From positions 1-24,364 of the forward strand of contig JAUXSJ010000304.1 in assembly GCA_030679615.1 (NCBI GenBank): a stretch of DNA of 24,364 nucleotides. Reading direction: 5' to 3'. Below, piece after piece: positions 17,714 to 24,364 of this stretch. Below the pieces are notes generated by a model. That model ran no database searches. It worked only from the letters and a program-made list of their open reading frames with translations, and was not told where the DNA came from. Position numbers and translations under genes: made by a program. Source of the DNA: Parachlamydiaceae bacterium. Its GTDB lineage: Bacteria; Chlamydiota; Chlamydiia; Chlamydiales; Parachlamydiaceae. Each line of letters begins with the position of its first letter. Position 1 is the stretch's first letter.

Positions 17714-18508
17714 TTTAAATATTTCTCCCAAATTCTTTAAATGCATCTTAAATTCATCAAGAAGATTATTTAAATTATCAATATTTGATTGATGCCTATT
17801 AATAGAATTACCTAAATGTGAATTTTCTAATTTTCTTTCTTCAGCTAGTAATAATTTCTCGGTTATGCTAATGAGTTGTGTCATGTCTTTCTTATTTTTT
17901 TCATAAGATTTTAAATTTCTATAAACATTAAGAAATTTTTCTCCTATATTAATAAAATGATCAATATCTCTCTGCTGAATTTCACTTAGTGGCTTTTTAC
18001 TTATTATTGTATTAAAAGATGATATTTTAGGCTTTAAACTTTCGAGTTTATCACTCGCTTGAGAATCAAAATTTCTCCAGCCGTCTAACGTTTTTAAATT
18101 TTGTTGATGTCTGTTTTTAGATTTTGGTTGTACAGAATCAGTATAAGCTTGTCGTTCTCTCTCAAATAATTTTTCAACCCCTTTTGAAATTATTTTTTTA
18201 TCATCTCCTGTGATCATTTCCAGAGTATTTTTATTATCATCATCAGAATTAACTTTTTGTTTTTCAATTTTATTTATGGTTTTTTCAAATTTTTTTAATT
18301 CCTTAATTGAATTATCTACATCGTTTCTTCCTATTTTTGTTATTTTTTTTTCACTAATCGCTTCAAAATGATCAACTGTTTTTTTTATTTCTTTCAACTG
18401 ATCCAAAACTTTATTTTCATGTATCTTTTCTTTCAAACTTGGAATTTTATTTTCTGGTTGAAGAATATAAACTTGATTTTGCCCCCTATTAACTTGACTA
18501 CTATCCAT
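17690..18508 (-). CDS. Hypothetical Lys-rich coiled-coil protein (orphan)
   Basis: 272-aa ORF, AGAAGGAG upstream; the last 7 codons and stop lie inside family E copy 1. Confidence 0.78.
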   Translation of the reverse strand: MDSSQVNRGQNQVYILQPENKIPSLKEKIHENKVLDQLKEIKKTVDHFEAISEKKITKIGRNDVDNSIKELKKFEKTINKIEKQKVNSDDDNKNTLEMITGDDKKIISKGVEKLFERERQAYTDSVQPKSKNRHQQNLKTLDGWRNFDSQASDKLESLKPKISSFNTIISKKPLSEIQQRDIDHFINIGEKFLNVYRNLKSYEKNKKDMTQLISITEKLLLAEERKLENSHLGNSINRHQSNIDNLNNLLDEFKMHLKNLGEIFKYSRLNHS

Positions 18509-18660
18509 AATTTTCTCCTTCTAAAACATTTCGAAAAGGAAATAATTTTGAAACTGAATATAATTTTATTAAACAACTAAAAAATTAAGATTATATTTAA
18601 TTTTAATAAGGAAAATGCAAATCATTAGTTTACAATGTGAAGTTTCGTGAAGATTTTAGA

Positions 18661-18829
18661 TATAATCGATTAAATTACATTTGATAATTTTTGACCGCGT
18701 CAAAGCCTCGAGATTGAAAAATTTTTTCATGTGCATTATTGATTTAATATTGCATATGAAAAAATTTATTCAATTGCGAGAGCTTTCACGCTGGTCAAAA
18801 TTTTATCAACTGTGATTAAATCAACTATA
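18661..18829. mobile_element. 169-bp palindromic MITE-like element, family E copy 2
   Basis: Direct repeat of 17546-17713; manual alignment gives 11 substitutions and 1 indel. Confidence 0.8.
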
Positions 18830-18959
18830 ATTAAATAATTTTGAATTAATGTGATTAAATCGTTAATTAAATTGTTTAGTTAATTAAAAATTTAATCAGT
18901 ACGAATCGGGTTGTATTGTTTTTTTTGTAACCGTTCAGTCGGTTTAATCATTGAGTTCA

Positions 18960-19028
18960 GGCATGCGATTTGCAATTTGAGATAATGAATTTTAGAAAAA
19001 GTTTTATGCAAATCACAAATCACAAGCC
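18960..19028. repeat. Degenerate hairpin with 7-nt units (caaatca)
   Basis: ggcatgcgatttgcaatttg vs caaatcacaaatcacaagcc, 16/20 complementary. Confidence 0.5.
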
Positions 19029-19055
19029 AGAGATCCACACGGGATAGTCATAAAC

Positions 19056-19111
19056 TTAAGAAAATCTCTTACGCCACTAGCCGTGGCTAATGGCGTAAGA
19101 GATTTTCTTAA
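19056..19111. terminator. GC-cored hairpin downstream of the FGE-domain gene (terminator and/or REP-like unit)
   Basis: ttaagaaaatctcttacgcca / tggcgtaagagattttcttaa, 21 bp perfect, enclosing tagcc-gt-ggcta; 17 nt from the stop at 19129. Confidence 0.7.
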
Positions 19112-19128
19112 TTCGAAGTAAGAGACTA

Positions 19129-21006
19129 TTATTTAGCCACGCGAAAGCCAGTAAAGACATCACAATATCCTGGCGGTAAAGCTAGCCTTTCAGAAACACG
19201 CACTCCATCAGCGGTACTATCATAACATCCACCTTTCACAATTTTAAAATTGTTTGGTTCGCTTTTTTCATCCCAATCAGTTACCCACTCCCACACATTA
19301 CCACTCATATCATAAGCGCCGACAGGACTCTTGGCATCGTTTGTTTTTGTGATCGAACGTTCTTGTAGTGTCACGGGCAGCTGGTTTACACCATTATAAA
19401 ACCCTACAGGATTGGTTAAAACTAGAGAACTATCTCTTATCCTCGAAGGGTCACGATAATTAGCCCAAGTGCGATCTATTTCATTTTTTCCAAAGCCATA
19501 TTTATAACGCGTTCCAATAGATCCATCCTTTGAAATTGTCATTCCCGCTGCTTTTTCCCATTCATATTCAGAAAGTAGACGGCCACCATGACTTTTACAA
19601 TAAGCTGAAGCACCAAACCAAGTCACATTAATAACAGGATACAGTTCTTTATCATTTAACACTTCGATCAATACTTGATTATTTGTAGGTAAAGGTTTAA
19701 TCGTTAATTGAGATAAAGGATTTGCTTCTGTTGTTTTGCAAATTAATTGTCCCTCACGATCAAAAATATGACCAGGTTTAGAAATATCTATTTGAAAATT
19801 TTTATTTACTATTTCTTGTGTTACCCACGCAGCAAATTCTTGATTTGTTACAGGATAAACCCCTATAGAGAATTCAGGAATATTTATTTGTTTTGCTGGT
19901 CTTTCATTTTGATGACTATCTGTAAAAGGATCGCCGACGATGGCAACCCCCCCGGGAACATTAACAAACTGATGGGATGGCAAATTCTTTTTTAACGAAA
20001 TTTCTTTATGAACATGAATATCTTGATCTTCTGTTGACAATGACGAAAACAACTCAAGGGTACGAGGTAGACTATTATGTACTGTTACATATGTCGATTT
20101 TGTTAAATTCGATTTATCATCTAAGCGTTGATAAGTTAAAAGATAATGTCCTTCTGGAAGAAATAATGTGTTGTTATTTTGAGTAAAAATTTCATCAATG
20201 ATAATTTTTTTGTTCTTGGGAGATGTCAAAACAACATGGGTTGGGCCTAAAGTTTTTAAAACCAAGGGAGCTGAAATAGGCTGTGAAGCTTTGGAGGTTG
20301 TTGAAGTTGTTTGAGTTGTCTCTTCTTTATTTAATGATTGATCAGATTCTACTGGTTTTTCCTCAATCATTTCATTTTTGATTTCATCGTCAATGATTTC
20401 TTCTTTTTTCTTTTCTAGTTTATTGTTGGGAAGGTTTTCAACAAAATCTGTTTGAATCGTTTGTTTATTAATTAAATTTTTATTCGCAAAGTTTTCATTT
20501 GAATCAGCAATTTCACTCTTTTCTTTGAAAAGTGGTTTTATTTCAGGTTTTTTTAATAGAGATAAAACTTGGTAAATATCCTTTTTAGGAATATTTGGGA
20601 ATATTTTTGAATGAATCACTTGATCGATTTTTACAGTTTCACCCGGACGAATTATAACGGTTTTTGGAACAACTTCTTCAAAAAATCCATCATGATTTGG
20701 AACTATAAATTCAATATAGTAAATACCTGGAGTTAAAGAAGGTATTGCTACCGTTGTTGAAAAACCTGATTGATGACTATCCACAAATTGATTGTTTTTA
20801 GGGTATAACTCATGCTCATCTTTTTCATTGATCAGCCAAAAACGGATTCTATCCAAACGTTCTTTTGCTTGATTTGTTTCGAAAGTCACAATCAGTGTGC
20901 CTGTTTCATTTGAAAATGCGCTTCCAAAGATTATTGAAAACAAGAATAACAAACTTAAGCAATGCAATTTCGGGTGTTTTACAAACATTCTTTTTAATTC
21001 CGTCAA
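19129..21006 (-). CDS. Exported SUMF1/FGE-sulfatase-domain protein
   Basis: N-terminal signal-like hydrophobic stretch; C-terminal YPVTNQEF, PVINVTWFGASAYC, LLSEYEWEKAA, DMSGNVWEW, KGG...GFRV motifs. Confidence 0.88.
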   Translation of the reverse strand: MTELKRMFVKHPKLHCLSLLFLFSIIFGSAFSNETGTLIVTFETNQAKERLDRIRFWLINEKDEHELYPKNNQFVDSHQSGFSTTVAIPSLTPGIYYIEFIVPNHDGFFEEVVPKTVIIRPGETVKIDQVIHSKIFPNIPKKDIYQVLSLLKKPEIKPLFKEKSEIADSNENFANKNLINKQTIQTDFVENLPNNKLEKKKEEIIDDEIKNEMIEEKPVESDQSLNKEETTQTTSTTSKASQPISAPLVLKTLGPTHVVLTSPKNKKIIIDEIFTQNNNTLFLPEGHYLLTYQRLDDKSNLTKSTYVTVHNSLPRTLELFSSLSTEDQDIHVHKEISLKKNLPSHQFVNVPGGVAIVGDPFTDSHQNERPAKQINIPEFSIGVYPVTNQEFAAWVTQEIVNKNFQIDISKPGHIFDREGQLICKTTEANPLSQLTIKPLPTNNQVLIEVLNDKELYPVINVTWFGASAYCKSHGGRLLSEYEWEKAAGMTISKDGSIGTRYKYGFGKNEIDRTWANYRDPSRIRDSSLVLTNPVGFYNGVNQLPVTLQERSITKTNDAKSPVGAYDMSGNVWEWVTDWDEKSEPNNFKIVKGGCYDSTADGVRVSERLALPPGYCDVFTGFRVAK

Positions 21007-21064
21007 ATGAGTTTAAATGCAGCATAAAGATTGCCAATATTTTTTGGAACGATTTGGTTGTCTG

Positions 21065-21332
21065 ATCTCAAATGTGTTTAAATTTTTGAGGGACGTCAGA
21101 GACAGCAGAGACAATAAGGCAATAGAAATTAACGATAACCTTTTCTTGTTATATCGTTATATCGTTATATCGTTTCCATCGTTAACTTGCTTCAAGACTC
21201 ATTTCAACTAAAAGTAAAATTTGCAATGAAAACAATATAGCAATATAACGATATAGTCCTATTTTTTGTCTAAGACGACCTTGCTATCTCAGCTGTCTCT
21301 GTCGTTCCTTAAAATTTATGCACATTCGAGGT
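21065..21332. repeat. Nested palindromes: family C copy 3 inside a family D hairpin
   Basis: Outer imperfect arms 21065-21106 and 21292-21332 (…cagagacagc/gctgtctctg…); inner atcgtt-type element ~21129-21255 with the same loop as copy 1. Confidence 0.8.
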
Positions 21333-21351
21333 ACAATGATGCATTTCCATC

Positions 21352-21380
21352 TTGCTTTCCAGTCAATATTTTTTTATATT
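21352..21380 (+). promoter_or_regulatory. Putative sigma66/sigma70 promoter for mcsAB
   Basis: TTGCTT-N17-TATATT, about 55 nt upstream of the mcsA ATG; pattern match only. Confidence 0.4.
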
Positions 21381-21433
21381 TTAAAATATCACTTATATTA
21401 ATCTGATTTTTTATCAGCTAAGGTTTATTCAGT

Positions 21434-22012
21434 ATGTTAGAAAAATATCAAAGTAAAAATTTTCCTGATCGACCTCTAGAATGTACTGAATGTAAAAAAC
21501 CTATTATGGTTCGTTATACTGAAATTATTGGAAGCACAATCACTCATACAAGCATGTGCGCTGAATGCCCAGAGCTACGCCGACGTTTATATGGTACATC
21601 ACCAAAAGAATATATAGAAAATCAAGTGCAAGCAGGAGCGGGTTTAGAATGTGGAAATTGTCGAACAGCTCTTGAAGAAGTTAAACGTGGACATCGTTTA
21701 GGATGTTCGGAATGTTATGTCGTTTTTGAAGATGTATTAATCGTTGAAATGCAATCTTCGCTTGCATTACCTGCGCGTATTTTTCCAACAAAGAAAAACC
21801 TCCCGATTCATATTGGAAGAACACCAGGTGAAGTCCCTACAATCAATCTTTCTTCTCGATTGTTGGCATTAGATGAAGCTTTAAAAGAGACATTGAATCG
21901 TGAAGATTATGAACAAGCTGCGTGGTTGAGAGATCAAATTAAAGCTTTAACCGATAATCCACCACAATCTGATCCGAATAAACAAAAGGAAACTCCTAAT
22001 GAGCAATCCTGA
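21434..22012 (+). CDS. mcsA: McsA, zinc-finger/UVR-domain activator of McsB (CT676-like)
   Basis: Four CxxC motifs (CTEC, CAEC, CGNC, CSEC) and C-terminal UVR motif REDYEQAAWLRDQI. Confidence 0.9.
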   Translation: MLEKYQSKNFPDRPLECTECKKPIMVRYTEIIGSTITHTSMCAECPELRRRLYGTSPKEYIENQVQAGAGLECGNCRTALEEVKRGHRLGCSECYVVFEDVLIVEMQSSLALPARIFPTKKNLPIHIGRTPGEVPTINLSSRLLALDEALKETLNREDYEQAAWLRDQIKALTDNPPQSDPNKQKETPNEQS

Positions 22013-23078
22013 TTCCTTTCCGCACCCTTTTTTATGTAAAGAAAGTTCTTGGGAAAAAAATCCAAATCCAATCTGGCTTGGCTCCACCGTGACCCTCAGT
22101 AGAAATTTAGAAAAATTAAATTTCCCGGGAAAATTAGCAACAGATAAAAAAAAACAAATCATCTCTCTGATTTCAAAAGATTTGATCAGTAGTAGTCACT
22201 TAAAAAATCCTAAGTTAATTCTTGCAGAAGAAATGCCACCTATTGAAAAAGAGTTCTTGGTGGAACATTTTTTATCTGAACAAGGTTTTAATCAAACCCA
22301 TATTGGAGAAGCTTTTTTATTAGATGATAGCGGAGAATTTCTTGCTGTCATAAATTTACAGGATCATTTGTTTCTTCACCTTTTAGATGTGAATGAAGAA
22401 TTGGAAGCATCTTGGAATCAATTAATAAAAATTGAATCTCAACTAAATCAATCCTTAAATTTTGCCTTTTCTCCAAAATTTGGTTTTTTAACCTCTGATC
22501 CTACACAATGTGGAACTGCTTTAATTGTTCATGTTTTTCTTCACTTGCCAGCTCTTCTTTATACAGATCGTTTAGATGACATTGTAAAGAAATCTCAAGA
22601 GGAAGGAATCCAATACTCAGGCTTGCAAGGAAATCCCACGGAATTAATCGGTGATATTGTTTCTTTTCGAAATCGATACACTTTAGGTTTATCTGAAGAA
22701 AATATCCTCTCTTCTTTGCGTACATTGGCAACAAAATTGGTGGTAGAAGAAAAAGGAGTTCGACAACATTTAAAGAACGAAAATGAAAATGAACTTGCGG
22801 TGATTAAAGACAAAGTCAGTCGAGCTTACGCCATTCTATTACATTCGTACCAAATCGAAGCAGTTGAAGCTTTAGAATCATTAAGTCTTTTAAAATTAGG
22901 ATTAGATTTAGAATGGCTTAAGGGGATTACTCAAAGTGAATTAAATAAACTTCTTTTTTCCACACGTCGTGGACATTTACATTGTCATTATAATCAAATC
23001 ATTACATTAGATAAATTCCCTCATCTTCGAGCTGAATTTATTCATCAAGCCTTAAAAAATGTTGAGTTACTTATATAG
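21999..23078 (+). CDS. mcsB: McsB-like protein arginine kinase family protein (CT675-like), catalytic motifs divergent
   Basis: Phosphagen-kinase fold motifs TLSRN, INLQDH, FGFLTSDPTQCGT, HLPAL, NRYTLGLSEE; overlaps mcsA by 14 nt. Confidence 0.88.
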   Translation: MSNPDSFPHPFLCKESSWEKNPNPIWLGSTVTLSRNLEKLNFPGKLATDKKKQIISLISKDLISSSHLKNPKLILAEEMPPIEKEFLVEHFLSEQGFNQTHIGEAFLLDDSGEFLAVINLQDHLFLHLLDVNEELEASWNQLIKIESQLNQSLNFAFSPKFGFLTSDPTQCGTALIVHVFLHLPALLYTDRLDDIVKKSQEEGIQYSGLQGNPTELIGDIVSFRNRYTLGLSEENILSSLRTLATKLVVEEKGVRQHLKNENENELAVIKDKVSRAYAILLHSYQIEAVEALESLSLLKLGLDLEWLKGITQSELNKLLFSTRRGHLHCHYNQIITLDKFPHLRAEFIHQALKNVELLI

Positions 23079-23086
23079 CAACCTCT

Positions 23087-24364
23087 ATGAATGCTTTAAA
23101 TTTTTCTGAACTTCACAGAAGTTTATTGGAAATTCAATTCGAGCTTATTCATGCAAATAATACATCAACTAAAGACATCGTAGACCTTAATTTGTTTGCC
23201 TCATCTCGGATGTGTGTTTACAGTCAAAGTTTATGGACGGGTAAGGTTGTTGAATTATGGACAAAAGTTTGGACATGGTTACCAGGAAACGCCTCTCCTT
23301 GCAAACCAAAAGTAGCATTGGATTTTATTTTTTCAACAGTATTTCAAAATGCGGTAAATTCAACTTATGAATGCCGCAGAAATCGCATGATCCATTGTAT
23401 TCAATCTATTAATAATGCTTTTAATCTTTCTAAAGAACAAATCAATCTTCAAGAAAATCGATACCGAATCGATCTACAAGAAGAATTACCCTCTATAGAC
23501 AAAGCCCATATAGAAGTTTTGATGGAAGATTATTATAGTTCAGAGGCTATTCTCAATGAAAATGATCTCATTGCAATGCGTCATACAATTTTACGATTTC
23601 ATCAAGCAACAATGAAATTTTGGCGCTTCTACATGAGTCGAAAAGTAGGCCTTGACCAGCGAAAATTATTGTATAATCCAATCTTACAGCATTTGTTGCC
23701 TGATTCCCATTTTTTTAATCGATCTTTCTATAAAGCCTTGATTTACGAAGGGCGTTGGGTGGTTTTAGAGTCAAAACTGCAACAAGCCATTCCTTTTGTA
23801 GAATTAGCCAAACTTAATCATCCTCATCTTTTAAAAGAAAAAGATAAAACTTGCCTCAAAAAATGGATTGAAAAAATCAACGTTTGTCATGAAACAATTC
23901 CTTCCAAATTGTTTTTAAGTGTGATCATTGAAGTGGCTAAATTATTAAAAATTCAAGGATCTACATCTCAACCTTTATTCAATCTGGTTTTTTGGCTCAA
24001 AAAAGAAAAATGTATCTTTGTGAAAAAAAACGATCCTCATCAGTTAAGAAGACGCGCCACAAATTTAAAATCTGGAAAAACCATTCAATGCAATCATAAA
24101 AATTACACATTAGGAAAATATTTAGGGGAAAAACGTACCCATCTAGATAAGTATCATTATTATGAATTAGAAAATACAAATTATGTTATCGAAGTGCCTA
24201 ATAATGGTTTTCGATCTTTTTTAAGGACTCCTCAAGAAAAAAATTATTCTTTTCACTGGGGAACAAAATTACTCAAAACGATAGATATCGATCCTAAAGG
24301 TCGATTTGTAATTTTAGAAAAACTTCCTTTTTCATTAAGCAATCACATTTGGACAAGTAGTCAA
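23087..24364 (+). CDS. Hypothetical protein, 3'-truncated by window edge (not in ORF track)
   Basis: Frame from ATG 23087 (MNALNFSELHRSLLEIQ...) has no stop for 426 codons to the window end; starts 8 nt after the mcsB stop. Confidence 0.85.
   Translation, partial: MNALNFSELHRSLLEIQFELIHANNTSTKDIVDLNLFASSRMCVYSQSLWTGKVVELWTKVWTWLPGNASPCKPKVALDFIFSTVFQNAVNSTYECRRNRMIHCIQSINNAFNLSKEQINLQENRYRIDLQEELPSIDKAHIEVLMEDYYSSEAILNENDLIAMRHTILRFHQATMKFWRFYMSRKVGLDQRKLLYNPILQHLLPDSHFFNRSFYKALIYEGRWVVLESKLQQAIPFVELAKLNHPHLLKEKDKTCLKKWIEKINVCHETIPSKLFLSVIIEVAKLLKIQGSTSQPLFNLVFWLKKEKCIFVKKNDPHQLRRRATNLKSGKTIQCNHKNYTLGKYLGEKRTHLDKYHYYELENTNYVIEVPNNGFRSFLRTPQEKNYSFHWGTKLLKTIDIDPKGRFVILEKLPFSLSNHIWTSSQ

Noticed and set aside
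17546-18829. Classical integron attC cassette
   Set aside because: Ends lack RYYYAAC/GTTRRRY, the elements are longer than typical attC sites, and no intI is in the window; kept only as an analogy.
2121-23997. Remaining short ORFs in the track overlapping nhaD, glyA, clpP, dapF, dnaJ, the FGE gene and mcsB, plus 4891..5073, 13281..13550, 18368..18580, 21017..21211 and 23997..24179
   Set aside because: Antisense or out-of-frame overlaps with well-supported genes or repeats; no recognisable motifs.

Overview
AT-rich window from a member of the phylum Chlamydiae, most likely an environmental (Parachlamydiales-like) chlamydia. The assignment is inferred from chlamydia-typical gene neighbourhoods: CT398-like/rnpB, glyA-clpP-dapF-CT429-like, tsaB-rpsU-dnaJ and mcsA-mcsB. 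Other recognisable genes are nhaD, a dGTPase-like HD protein, a CPBP/CAAX protease and an FGE-sulfatase-domain protein. The ORF track misses rpsU (15596..15775), the RNase P RNA (2597..2950, minus) and a 3'-truncated ORF from 23087. Several orphan genes sit between the core blocks. The most striking feature is non-coding: many intergenic regions next to accessory genes hold long palindromic elements of at least five sequence families. Several have arms built from 7-9 nt tandem units and start within a few bases of a stop codon. They occur as dispersed copies, nested insertions, a tandem duplication with a flipped loop, and a pair of 168-bp direct-repeat palindromes that bracket an orphan gene like a cassette. 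No transposase or recombinase is encoded in the window. Protein-level oddities include a CT429-like protein with AT-hook, poly-Asp and histone-H1-like tail, and a McsB lacking most canonical phosphagen-kinase catalytic residues.
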